Source: a virus (lineage: Duplodnaviria > Caudoviricetes). From it: a stretch of DNA of 37,554 nt. The position numbers and the translations under genes are program-made. The stretch lies in IMG/VR virus record IMGVR_UViG_3300040736_000016, positions 1-37,554 of that record; one strand, given 5' to 3'. How positions within the stretch are numbered: the stretch's first letter is position 1; each line of letters opens with the position of its first letter. Of this stretch, positions 8,929 through 18,184 are shown piece after piece. Under the pieces are notes generated by a model, which was given only the letters and a program-made list of their open reading frames with translations, did not search any database and was not told the origin of the DNA.

Positions 8929-11922
8929 TCAACCTCCTATCAGTGTGCGGATGGTAGTGCCGTTGCGGCGGATCATGTTGAGGATGGCGGTCTCGCCATC
9001 GGCGGTGCGCAGGAAGTCTCCAACCATATTACGGTCGAGCACATTGATCACCCGCAGCCGGGTATCGCCGGACTTGATCGTGGTGGCGGGTGCAGCTGCA
9101 GGCTGCCCACCACCGGCCAGCCGGTTGCCTGAAGGGATGCGCGGCAATGTCCCGCCGGCCAGGGCGATGGCAATATGGCGCGGGAAGAGCCGCCTGCGGA
9201 TCAGCTCCATGAAGTTAATGCCATAGTAGTCGACAGCGGCGACGGGCTGCATGAACTCTCCGGCAGTGGCCCAGATGGGGATGTTGTCGGACGTCTTGGA
9301 TGGGCTCATGCCTGGGATGGACCCGCCACCAGCAAAACCGAGCATGCCAAGCAGGCCGGTACCGGCTGTGACCGTGCCGTTGGCTGCCGTGGTCGATCCG
9401 AAGCCGATGGCATTCAGCAGCATCTGCTTGAGGATGATCTGCGATAACCACGAAATGGTAGAGCGGGCAAAGTCGAGGAAGGCCTCTTTTGCCGATGCCG
9501 ATCTACTGATGAATGAATCCCAGGCGCTGACCAGGCCCCCAGAGATCTGGTCGCCGATCTGCTCGCCTATTTGAATCATCACCTCGGCATCGGTCTGCAT
9601 TTTCTCCCTGGCGCGCTCAAAGCCGAGCGAAAGGGCCACGCCCATGTCGTTGCCCGAGGCAATGGTCTTTTCGCGCATCTCTTCGGCGGTGATGATGTTT
9701 GCTTCTCGCGCCGCAACCAGAGCCTGTTGATACTTCTCAACCGAAACCTGCCCACGCCGCCACGCCAGCTCCACTTCGGCAAGGCTAGCCCTAGCCACGT
9801 CAGCCATATCGCTGTGCTCTTGCTTGGCCTGGTCGATCTTCTCTTTCAAGATGGCCGACTCGGCGCGAATGACATCCGCCTCGGTCTTGCTGGGGTCGGC
9901 TTTAATCCGCTGCTGCTCATCCTCCAACAGTTTGATTTTCACCTGGGAGATTTGCTTATTAAGCTCCAGCAACTTCGTTGCCCGCTCCAGTTCGGTGGCG
10001 CTGCCATCGGCATCCAGCTTTTGCTGTTCCAGAGAGAGCAATGTGGACTCGCTCTGGGCGCGCAATTTTTCGATATCGATCTTGCCCTGAAGCTTCTCAT
10101 CCTTGAGCATCTCCCGTTCTTTGCGCTTGGCTTCGGCCTCAGCTTTTTTTGCCGCCCGCTCATCCGCCTTTCCGGCCTTGTCGGCTGCCTCTTCCTTGGC
10201 CTTGCCAGCAGCAGCATCGAAACGGGCGTTGACCGCCTTCTGCACGCGAAGCAGGTCCTCACCCTTGAACTGGGATTCAATACTCTTCAGTTCAGCCTTG
10301 CGCTTGGTCTCGATCTCGGCCAGGTCGTTTTCCAGCTTGGACGCGGTCACCTTGCGGCGCTCTTCGTCCTGCTTCTTGATAGCATCGGTAACCGACATCT
10401 CGACCGCCACCTGCTTGGCGCCGGTCTGCTCGGCGGTTATTTTGATATTCTCCTGCGTGGCCGCGTGTTCCTGTTCAAGCACCTTGAGCTTCTGCTGCGC
10501 AGCGTCAAGCTGGGCAGAGATGCTGCCGATTCCCCCGTCATCTGGAGTATATGTCTGTCCAGCGGAAGCCTCGGCCAGGTCTTTTTCCAGCTTGGCCACC
10601 TCAGTTTTGGCGGCTAGGATTTTTTGCGATGTCTCCTGCAGACGTATGCCCGGATCGGACAACTCCTTGAGCATCTGGTTGGTGCGTTGCAGCTCGGAGA
10701 GGCGGCTCTTGGCCTTGGCAAGTTCATCGTCGGCTGACCGGCCCCACATCATCCAGGCGGCAGCGCCAATACCCAGCACTGTGGTCACGGCGGTGATGGG
10801 GTTGATCAGGCCGGTCAGCGCCGGCAGCAGCCTTGATGCGGTGGTGGTGGCCACAGTGGCCGCTGCCGGGGCATAGCTGCCGCTCATGTAGGCCGATGCG
10901 GAAGACACGGCGACCCCGGCTGTGGTGGCAGCCGTGGCGGTTGCGCCGAGAGAGGTGATAAACTCCGTTGTCGAGGCGACCGCAGCCGTCAATCCTCGCC
11001 CAACCAGCACCGAGAGCGCCGTGGACAAGGCCAACGCCCCACCCTTGGCAACCAGGTCAAGATTCTTGCCAAGCCACTGGATAGAGTTTGCCATGATGTC
11101 GGTTGCGCCAGTGGCCTGATTGACCGAATCCACATACTTGCTGGCCTCGTTGCGCAGGTCGGTCATTGCCCGTCCAACGGTCAGCGGCATGGCCGCTGCC
11201 TGCGCCTCGATTGTCTCTTTGGCGGCCTTGATGGCGTCGATCGTCCACTGGGTGGTCAGCTCTCCATTCTCCGCCATCTCCCGCAGCTTGGCAATAGACC
11301 CGCCAGCTGCATCGACAAAGACCTTGGTGAGCATGGGCATGTTTTCGAGCACTGAACGCAACTCGTCGCCCTGCAGCTTTCCAGCGCCCATGGCCTGGGC
11401 GAACTGCTGCAAGCCTGCGCTCGCCTCGCTGGTTGACGCCCCAGACATTGCGGTGGCCAGGGCGACCGTACGCGTCACCTCAGCTAGTTCCTGCTGAGAC
11501 ACATTCAGATTGGCGGTGGCCAGGGCCATGCGGGTGTAGAGTGTCCCGACTTCAGCCAGCCCTTGGTGGGACGCGGCGGCCACATCGACCACGGTCTTTT
11601 GTGCAGCCGCATAATCAGCGGTATTCTTGGCGGTCAACAGCAGCCGCTGATCAAGATTGCGCATGGCATCGGCAGCGGCGACAAACTGGCCGGCCCAGCC
11701 AAGCACAGCGTTGACCGAAAAAACTGCTATTGCCTTGTTTTTAAGGCTGTCCAGTTTGGTTGATATCGATTCAACGCCCCTGCGGGCTGCCGAGATCCCT
11801 GCCCCTGACTGGCTTGCCGCTGCTCCCAGCCCCTTGACAGCGTCTGACGCAGCGCGTAATCTCTGTTCAAACCCCTGAGTGATCGCTGAAAGAACAATCT
11901 CAATTTTATTCTGAGTCGCCAT
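8929..11922 (-). CDS. Tail tape measure protein
   Basis: 997 aa, Ala-rich helical; Q..QA...G.L.GDEL.SV.E tape-measure motif; FAGGG...G....D.IP.....GE C-terminal motif. Confidence 0.95.
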   Translation of the reverse strand: MATQNKIEIVLSAITQGFEQRLRAASDAVKGLGAAASQSGAGISAARRGVESISTKLDSLKNKAIAVFSVNAVLGWAGQFVAAADAMRNLDQRLLLTAKNTADYAAAQKTVVDVAAASHQGLAEVGTLYTRMALATANLNVSQQELAEVTRTVALATAMSGASTSEASAGLQQFAQAMGAGKLQGDELRSVLENMPMLTKVFVDAAGGSIAKLREMAENGELTTQWTIDAIKAAKETIEAQAAAMPLTVGRAMTDLRNEASKYVDSVNQATGATDIMANSIQWLGKNLDLVAKGGALALSTALSVLVGRGLTAAVASTTEFITSLGATATAATTAGVAVSSASAYMSGSYAPAAATVATTTASRLLPALTGLINPITAVTTVLGIGAAAWMMWGRSADDELAKAKSRLSELQRTNQMLKELSDPGIRLQETSQKILAAKTEVAKLEKDLAEASAGQTYTPDDGGIGSISAQLDAAQQKLKVLEQEHAATQENIKITAEQTGAKQVAVEMSVTDAIKKQDEERRKVTASKLENDLAEIETKRKAELKSIESQFKGEDLLRVQKAVNARFDAAAGKAKEEAADKAGKADERAAKKAEAEAKRKEREMLKDEKLQGKIDIEKLRAQSESTLLSLEQQKLDADGSATELERATKLLELNKQISQVKIKLLEDEQQRIKADPSKTEADVIRAESAILKEKIDQAKQEHSDMADVARASLAEVELAWRRGQVSVEKYQQALVAAREANIITAEEMREKTIASGNDMGVALSLGFERAREKMQTDAEVMIQIGEQIGDQISGGLVSAWDSFISRSASAKEAFLDFARSTISWLSQIILKQMLLNAIGFGSTTAANGTVTAGTGLLGMLGFAGGGSIPGMSPSKTSDNIPIWATAGEFMQPVAAVDYYGINFMELIRRRLFPRHIAIALAGGTLPRIPSGNRLAGGGQPAAAPATTIKSGDTRLRVINVLDRNMVGDFLRTADGETAILNMIRRNGTTIRTLIGG

Positions 11923-12097
11923 GCGTTGGAATCGTGGTTGGTTTATCTGTCTGCTACTTGCCGGACCGTGTGCCTATTTCACCCTGGAGGCGCTGCAGCC
12001 AAGCAAATTGCTGGTCTTTGCGGTCCTGTTCGGCATCCCGCTGTTGGGGTGGATTGCAAGCATTGCTGTGTTCATCTTCAAATCGCTCTCGCCGTGA
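11921..12097 (+). CDS. 58-aa antisense membrane protein, superinfection-exclusion/moron candidate (not in ORF track)
   Basis: MRWNRGWFICLLLAGPCAYFTLEALQPSKLLVFAVLFGIPLLGWIASIAVFIFKSLSP; two hydrophobic helices; fills the TAC-TMP gap. Confidence 0.6.
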   Translation: MRWNRGWFICLLLAGPCAYFTLEALQPSKLLVFAVLFGIPLLGWIASIAVFIFKSLSP

Positions 12098-12109
12098 AAT
12101 ACTGGCCGG

Positions 12110-12298
12110 TCATCTTGTGGAATCACCGGCCAAGTTGTCGAGCGCAGTCAGGAAAAACCCGTACCCATACTCCCAGACTACTGGACCGTGGCCGGCGACA
12201 ATGAGGCCGCAAATTGCCCGATCGAGGATGACACGGCTGTCTTCACCGCATTGATCAGCGCCTGATCCATCCCGACCAGGCGCACCATTCCCAAAAAA
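12110..12298 (-). CDS. -1 frameshift extension of the tail assembly chaperone (gpGT-like)
   Basis: In-frame T TTT TTG at 12292-12298; -1 frame open to TGA at 12110, encoding LIVAGHGPVVWEYGYGFFLTAL. Confidence 0.7.
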   Translation of the reverse strand, partial: FFGNGAPGRDGSGADQCGEDSRVILDRAICGLIVAGHGPVVWEYGYGFFLTALDNLAGDSTR

Positions 12299-12528
12299 GC
12301 CTTGTTGACCTCCTCAAATCCCTGCCACAGCTCCTCGATCTCCGAGGGGTAGAGGTCGAGCAAGGCCTCGGTGTCCAGCTCCGGGCAACCGAGCTTGAGC
12401 AGCTCACGGCAGCGGTCCAGCATGGGTTGCTCGCCGCCGTTATTGAGCAGCTCCCACACATGGCGGGTATTTAACTCCTTGAGCGTGAACGACCTGGCCC
12501 CGATCTGGACGACCTTTACCTTTTGCAT
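12178..12528 (-). CDS. Tail assembly chaperone (gpG-like)
   Basis: Between tail tube and TMP; EVN.AF motif. Confidence 0.85.
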   Translation of the reverse strand: MQKVKVVQIGARSFTLKELNTRHVWELLNNGGEQPMLDRCRELLKLGCPELDTEALLDLYPSEIEELWQGFEEVNKAFLGMVRLVGMDQALINAVKTAVSSSIGQFAASLSPATVQ

Positions 12529-13262
12529 CAGACAACCTCGAATGGCCAGCTCTTGCCAGTGGGGGTGATCAGCGTGCCGCTGAAGGTGACTTCCGGGAAG
12601 TCCTCGCCCATGAAATCGAAATCGGTCTCGCTGCGCAGTTGCACCTGCCAGACCGTGACCAGCACGTTGGCGCCAGTGGCCAGATTTTTACCGTCCAAAC
12701 GCAGCGCCACGTTGACCACCGACTGCGTTCCGGCGGTGATCTTGCTGCCGGTCTTGGCCAGTTTGTTGCCGCTGATGTGCAGGGTGTCGCCATCGAGGGC
12801 CACGGTCAGCACCTTGATCATGCCGGTCCGCTTGTTGACCTCGTAGTCGGTGCCCTCAACATAGGTGGTCACGTCGGTGACATCCTTGACCACGCAGGTA
12901 TCAAGCCCGGTAGATCCCGTTTCCACCCACCGGTCCTTGATGGCGGTGATGCTGGCGGTGTAGGCGCCAGCGGATGCCGTCTGGTCGACCGCCGAGCCCA
13001 TGAAGGCCGCGGCCAGCACCTGCGGATCGTAGCGGTTGAAGGTCAGGGAGAGCGACGAACCGGTGATGCGGGTGAACGACTCGGTTGTCTGGCCGAAGGT
13101 GTCGCGGCCGTGGGCCTTGTTTTCCTTGGTCTCGGTCTCGACCTTGGGCGCGAATTTCTTACATTCGCCGACCAGCTGAAACCCGGTGGAAGCGCCGGTG
13201 CTGTCGAGGAAATCCATGTAGAGGTCGCCCGAGGCAACCAGTCCAAAAGGGGTGTTGTTCAT
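12528..13262 (-). CDS. Major tail tube protein
   Basis: 244 aa, beta-rich, G.DY.V....G.I motif, position. Confidence 0.88.
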   Translation of the reverse strand: MNNTPFGLVASGDLYMDFLDSTGASTGFQLVGECKKFAPKVETETKENKAHGRDTFGQTTESFTRITGSSLSLTFNRYDPQVLAAAFMGSAVDQTASAGAYTASITAIKDRWVETGSTGLDTCVVKDVTDVTTYVEGTDYEVNKRTGMIKVLTVALDGDTLHISGNKLAKTGSKITAGTQSVVNVALRLDGKNLATGANVLVTVWQVQLRSETDFDFMGEDFPEVTFSGTLITPTGKSWPFEVV

Positions 13263-13290
13263 TGTTTCTCTCCCGGCGGTAAAGCCGTGA

Positions 13291-13710
13291 TTAGGTTAAA
13301 GAAAACAGTTCGGGAATGACCCGTACCGACACTTGCAGCATGTACACCGCCTGCCCGGACTCGCCCAGCCCGCTTAAACCTGGAGAATCGTACACGATCA
13401 TGGGTTGACTTCCGCGCCCGGGGAGCTGGAGGCCGTGCAGCGCTGCAAATACCTGGTCAACCAGGTCGTACAATGAGCCGTCAATGCTGTTGCCGTCCGC
13501 GTCCCGTTCGAGATGGGTTTCGATCTGCACGGCAACCCGCAAGTCAATGCGAGCCTGCGGCGCATTATCCAGATTGTCCTTTGGGCATCCAGGAATCCAC
13601 ACCCTGGCCAGCGGGTAGATGGGCTTATCCGCCGTCAACCCACAGACAGCCCCAAATACCCCGAGGCCGGAGAGCGTACTCTTGATCGTATCTGCTATGT
13701 CGGCGCGCAT
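13291..13710 (-). CDS. Tail terminator (Gp37-like)
   Basis: Y.L.D.V..AL.G motif; immediately upstream of the tail tube. Confidence 0.75.
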   Translation of the reverse strand: MRADIADTIKSTLSGLGVFGAVCGLTADKPIYPLARVWIPGCPKDNLDNAPQARIDLRVAVQIETHLERDADGNSIDGSLYDLVDQVFAALHGLQLPGRGSQPMIVYDSPGLSGLGESGQAVYMLQVSVRVIPELFSLT

Positions 13711-14015
13711 CACGGCTGTTCCTCCAAGCGCAAGATTGCACCGCCCTGTCCATCCGGATTGATGGACAGGACAGTGTAGGATCCGCCATTTATTGTCAGC
13801 GTATCACCGTTGTCTCCGGTTGACAGCCCCAGCTGGTCTACATCAGCCATGGACGCAATGGCAAATGGCCCGCTATGCTCTATGGTGTCCCCGTCAAGCG
13901 AGGTCATTCCATCGAGCATCGGGATGATATAGGCATCGGTCGCCGATCCATTCACCACCACCTGCACGCCGGATTCGGCGTTGATCATTTGGTCGATCTC
14001 AATCTCAATCGACAT
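13710..14015 (-). CDS. Head closure / head-tail joining protein (gpFII-like)
   Basis: GDTLTING.SY.V....PDG.G...L.L motif. Confidence 0.8.
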   Translation of the reverse strand: MSIEIEIDQMINAESGVQVVVNGSATDAYIIPMLDGMTSLDGDTIEHSGPFAIASMADVDQLGLSTGDNGDTLTINGGSYTVLSINPDGQGGAILRLEEQP

Positions 14016-14198
14016 TTATTTGTCTTTCTCCTGGTCTCCTGCAGGATCCTGGTCGCCTTTCTCCTGGTCTCCTGCAGGGACGGCTCGTCCACGGCGAAAC
14101 AAATCTTTTGCCAGCCGATCATCAATCTCCAATGTTTCTCCAGCAGAAACCGCTGATCCGTTGATCATTGTTGCCGATGTAATTTTTATCTGTGCCAT
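14016..14198 (-). CDS. Small protein following the capsid gene
   Basis: G..V.AGE.LE.....A..L...G.A motif; start moved to MAQIK with GAGGG upstream. Confidence 0.7.
   Translation of the reverse strand: MAQIKITSATMINGSAVSAGETLEIDDRLAKDLFRRGRAVPAGDQEKGDQDPAGDQEKDK
14024..14078. repeat. 22-bp direct repeat with 33-bp period (PAGDQEK x2)
   Basis: CTTTCTCCTGGTCTCCTGCAGG at 14024-14045 and 14057-14078. Confidence 0.9.
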
Positions 14199-14218
14199 TG
14201 TGCCCTCTGTATCGTTAT

Positions 14219-14243
14219 TCCGGGAGTCGATAAGACTCCCGGA
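14219..14243 (-). promoter_or_regulatory. Stem-loop after the capsid gene (mRNA stabiliser or weak terminator)
   Basis: Perfect 10-bp inverted repeat TCCGGGAGTC/GACTCCCGGA, no U tract. Confidence 0.55.
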
Positions 14244-14269
14244 GGTTTCCGTCGTGATCACCAAGCCGC

Positions 14270-16159
14270 TTACGCGGTCAGGGCATCAACCATGGCCGCA
14301 AAACTTTCAGCGTGGCGAACGGCAATATCCACATCTTGCAGAACCACCACACGCACGGTACCGGAAGTTGCGCCGGTATAGGGATCGACCGTCAGCGATA
14401 AGCCGCCCCACATGCCAATGATCAAGTCGGACCAATTGCCATAAATGATAGCAGAGCACACACCCGAACTGGTCCCTTTGGTCAGGTCGCTGGGAACCTG
14501 GTTGGAGACGCCGCACCGTGCCCCCCCGATAGCGGTGAACCCGGCCATATCGGGGAAGTCTTTGCACACGAATTGAGCCGTTCCTGTAGCCTTTTCGGTC
14601 TGCATCAGCTTACCAATGACCTTGGAGTTGGTCAGATACCCCAGGCTGCCGGCATCGGCATTGTCCTGGGCCACTGCAGACCACAGGTTGACCATGTCCG
14701 CCCAGTCCGGTGCTGCGCCGTTGGTATCCCCAACGACAGCGCCAATGCCGGACACGTTCAGGATTCCCCTCGGCTGGTTACTCGATCCGCTGCCATTGAT
14801 TGCTGCCAGGTCAATTCCCAGCCCAACCGCCTTGGCAAGATCCCCGCGGACAAACTGCTCGATGTCGATAGAAGACTGGAGCAGCAGCTTGCGGGAAATG
14901 TCGGTAAAAGCTCCGATGGTATTCGGGGCCATGGTTACCTGATCGAAAGCCTGACCGCTCTCGGTTGGCGCGCCTGACTCCGCCACCCAATAGCAGGTAG
15001 CGCCGCCGGTCTGGCGCGGGATGGCAATGTCGCCCACAAGGTCGGTGAGTACGGTTGCTCCCATGTTCCGCACCATCATACGGTTGCGCAGCATGTCGAT
15101 GAAGCTGCCCGACAAGAGGTTGGTGGCCACCAAATTTCCGCCAGCAGTGGCAGTGCCTACGGTCAGGTCACGGGTTGCAACCTCGATGGGGATGAATAAT
15201 CCTTCAGATGACTTTTTCAGCTTCTTGCCCACAGCCTCAGAGCACTCAATCTCAAAGGCTGCCTCACGCTGTGCGTCGGGACGGTTCGGGTTGGCCAGGG
15301 CGTTAATGGCGCGAATGAAGCTGAACCGCTTTGCCTCTTTGGCATTCAGGCCGATTTCCGGGGTGAAGTTCTCAACCGGTTTCAGGCCGCGCCTGCTAAG
15401 CTCGTCAAGGACGAATCGGCGGAACTGGTCTTCGCTCTGCCCCTTCTGGATAGCCTCTTTCGCCTCTTTTTCCAGGCCGTGGGCTTTTCCGAGGGCGTCA
15501 ATCTCACCGATCCGCACAACTTCGGCTTCTCTGGCCTCGGCAACAGCCTTCTGCCGTGCCCGCTCGACTTCCTCTTTGTCCTTCTTCTCTTGTTCTTTGG
15601 GGTCCATTCTCGTCACCTCAACTATGGTTTTTGTGGGCACATCGCCCGAACGCCCCACGCCCACCGAGGTGTCAGCAGGGACAGAAACACTCGACGCCTC
15701 AAACGGCCGCCACTTCATGCGGTACACGTCCGGTTCGTCCTTTTTTGATTCCACGAGGGTCATTTCCAAGACCTCGTAGCCGACAGAGATGTTCTTGCGG
15801 ATGCCGTCAATGATGTCCTGGAAAATTTCCTCTGCCTTGCCCGACTTGGAAAACCGGACCACCGCCCGGCCCTTACCATCCTTATCGATTCGCGCCGACT
15901 CAATGACGCCTATCTGGTCACTGTGGCGATGCTGGATCAGAAATGGGGCCGCGCCTGACCCCATGAAGTCCATGTCTACCTCGCCGTCCTTGTGCCCCAA
16001 GATCTCGTAGCCGTACCAGCGCAAATACGGGTCTTCAGAGGAAAAGGCGATTTCAACCGTGCGGGCTTCCTCGTTGATCGCTTCCCGGACCACTGGGGCG
16101 GACCGGTAAAACCGATCAGTCTTGATCTGTTCCCGCTGCTGCTGCGTCAACTTGTCCAT
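14270..16159 (-). CDS. Prohead protease-major capsid protein fusion (HK97 fold)
   Basis: N-terminal FSSE.P, H...IG, SVGY, E.S.VSVPAD protease motifs; C-terminal capsid motifs (WV.E, ISRKLL, R..ESF); GAGGAG before ATG 16159. Confidence 0.93.
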   Translation of the reverse strand: MDKLTQQQREQIKTDRFYRSAPVVREAINEEARTVEIAFSSEDPYLRWYGYEILGHKDGEVDMDFMGSGAAPFLIQHRHSDQIGVIESARIDKDGKGRAVVRFSKSGKAEEIFQDIIDGIRKNISVGYEVLEMTLVESKKDEPDVYRMKWRPFEASSVSVPADTSVGVGRSGDVPTKTIVEVTRMDPKEQEKKDKEEVERARQKAVAEAREAEVVRIGEIDALGKAHGLEKEAKEAIQKGQSEDQFRRFVLDELSRRGLKPVENFTPEIGLNAKEAKRFSFIRAINALANPNRPDAQREAAFEIECSEAVGKKLKKSSEGLFIPIEVATRDLTVGTATAGGNLVATNLLSGSFIDMLRNRMMVRNMGATVLTDLVGDIAIPRQTGGATCYWVAESGAPTESGQAFDQVTMAPNTIGAFTDISRKLLLQSSIDIEQFVRGDLAKAVGLGIDLAAINGSGSSNQPRGILNVSGIGAVVGDTNGAAPDWADMVNLWSAVAQDNADAGSLGYLTNSKVIGKLMQTEKATGTAQFVCKDFPDMAGFTAIGGARCGVSNQVPSDLTKGTSSGVCSAIIYGNWSDLIIGMWGGLSLTVDPYTGATSGTVRVVVLQDVDIAVRHAESFAAMVDALTA

Positions 16160-17636
16160 TCTGCTCCTCTTCGCTCTCAAAAATGTGCAACTTCAGGCCG
16201 TACTCTGCTGCAAGCTCAACAGCCCGCGCATTGCCTTCAAAAATCTCTTCCAGGTCGTCGCCACGATCCGCTGCAATATCCCAAATATTGCGGGTATGGT
16301 TTCCAACGTCGCGGGTGATCGCCTTGGATTCCTTGTCAATGTCAACGAACTGCCAGCCACGCGGGCGCCAACAAGGGGCATTCAGTCGGTTGAACTCCAT
16401 CAACCGCAAACCTTCGAGCAATTGATAGGTAAGGCAATGAGTCAACCACTCCTCGTAAATTGGGGTGCAAAAATGCTCAATCAGCCAAGTTTGCAGGATG
16501 CGCCACTTGTCCCGCTCGGCCACCTCGCCGTGGCGAATAGATGACAGGTTGACGCCTTCCAGGTTGTTGGCCAACATCACATAGGAGCAATCCCATCCGG
16601 ACGCGATCCCGCGCAAACCACCCTTAATGAACTCGCCAAATGCCGCGTTTGGGTGATTCGGGTCGAACATTTTCAGGTCGTAGCCATCAGGGGCCGTATC
16701 AAATGTGCCCGGCTCCACCTCGATATTTATGTCTTCGCTGTCGTTGCCCTCAGCCTCTGCAAGCTCATCGTCGGTCAGGTCGTCATCTTCGGACCCTTCG
16801 GGGCGGGTTAAGATGCCCATCTTCGAGGCCGATACCCGAGCCGCTACAACCTCAGCCTCTTCGTAGGCGTCCAGCATCTTGGCCCGCGCCGCAGAGGGGG
16901 CCAACCAGGAAACGCCGCGCGTCTGGTTAACGCGCTCCGGGATGAATAGATGCAGGATCTCACTTGCCGGGATTCGCTCTCGTTCGCGTCGGTGGTAATC
17001 AGCTGTCAGAACCTCACCAGGGTGGGCGCTTAAAATGTGATAAGCTATGCGCCTGCCCCAAACATCTTTTTCGACTCCCATCACCACGCGGTTACCGTTG
17101 GCTAGGGTGCAATTCATGGTGTGGTCGAGCTGGTCAGCTTCAATCGGCTGGAGTGAGTACAGAAAGGCATTGTGCCGAAAAGGCTTGACCTTGCGGATGA
17201 GGATCTCACCATCACGCATGACCGTTTCCACGATCATCTTTTCCAGGTCGATCATAGACAGGTCGCCAGACACACAGCAGTTTTCCATCCGGCAGAACTG
17301 CTTGAACATGGCCTCTATCGTAGCGTTTGCCTTCTTGTCGAGGTCCTGGCCATCCGGAAAATACGCCTTGTTCTGGAGCCGGACTCCGGTATAGCCGACG
17401 ATGTTGGTCTTGCACATCGATAGGAAGCGCCGTGCATAGCCGTTGTTCTGCGCCAGATCCCGCCCGCGCTGCCGAAGGATCTCCAAGGCGGTGTAAATTT
17501 CGGTGTCCGCGCTGTTGCCGGTGCCGATCCATGAACCAAGCAGTCGCCCCCCCTGTGCTGCAGAGTATGCGCGGACCCTGGGCGGCTTTCTTTTCCTGGG
17601 CGGAGACGGCGGGGCTTTTGTAAACCAGCCAAACAT
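16116..17636 (-). CDS. Portal protein, lambda family
   Basis: R.R.L..NN, GVE.D..GR..AY, Q.RG.S, N.SS.R motifs. Confidence 0.95.
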   Translation of the reverse strand: MFGWFTKAPPSPPRKRKPPRVRAYSAAQGGRLLGSWIGTGNSADTEIYTALEILRQRGRDLAQNNGYARRFLSMCKTNIVGYTGVRLQNKAYFPDGQDLDKKANATIEAMFKQFCRMENCCVSGDLSMIDLEKMIVETVMRDGEILIRKVKPFRHNAFLYSLQPIEADQLDHTMNCTLANGNRVVMGVEKDVWGRRIAYHILSAHPGEVLTADYHRRERERIPASEILHLFIPERVNQTRGVSWLAPSAARAKMLDAYEEAEVVAARVSASKMGILTRPEGSEDDDLTDDELAEAEGNDSEDINIEVEPGTFDTAPDGYDLKMFDPNHPNAAFGEFIKGGLRGIASGWDCSYVMLANNLEGVNLSSIRHGEVAERDKWRILQTWLIEHFCTPIYEEWLTHCLTYQLLEGLRLMEFNRLNAPCWRPRGWQFVDIDKESKAITRDVGNHTRNIWDIAADRGDDLEEIFEGNARAVELAAEYGLKLHIFESEEEQNGQVDAAAAGTDQD

Positions 17637-18184
17637 CAGAAGGCCACCTTGCGAGATCGCATGATGTTTTTCAGACTACGGTCTTTTCCGGCCCGCATGG
17701 CCTTGAGGCGCTTCAAGGCAGAAATCTGCTGGTCGAGCGTCATGTGTTGGATCTGCAGCCCGTTGGGGAGTGATTGCGTCAGTTGCGTCTTGCTGGCCCG
17801 GCCAGCGATTGATGCTTGCAGGGATTCAATGGCGGTGTCCAGCCAGGTGCGGGTGTCGGTTCCGGTGGTGGCTTCGGCGAAATCGGAGACTATCTCAACC
17901 GTGCCGCTGTCGACCTGGTAGCGCTCGGTTCCATTGGAAACATGGGATTGCCAGGCGTAGGATCCGGCGACCCATGCGCCGGTGGTGGCGTAAGTGATTT
18001 CAAACAGGTGGCGGTCCGCTGATGGGGCGGACGTGACAACAACCTGGGCAGAGGGAGAAACCAGGGTGTAGGTCAACGTCCACCCAGCAGAAGCTGGAAA
18101 ATCTGGCAGGGCTACCATCCAGGAGACGGATGTCCCGGCGGTGATCTTGGTTGGAATGCGGTCTGAAACTTGTGCGTATGCCAT
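17636..18184 (-). CDS. Head-tail adaptor (gpW-like C-terminus with an N-terminal beta domain)
   Basis: P....AG....W start; directly upstream of the portal with TGATG coupling. Confidence 0.75.
   Translation of the reverse strand: MAYAQVSDRIPTKITAGTSVSWMVALPDFPASAGWTLTYTLVSPSAQVVVTSAPSADRHLFEITYATTGAWVAGSYAWQSHVSNGTERYQVDSGTVEIVSDFAEATTGTDTRTWLDTAIESLQASIAGRASKTQLTQSLPNGLQIQHMTLDQQISALKRLKAMRAGKDRSLKNIMRSRKVAF

Noticed and set aside
11926-12254. ORF-track plus-strand ORFs 11926-12204 and 11934-12254
   Set aside because: They overlap the chaperone gene and look non-protein-like; the 11921-12097 frame fits the gap better
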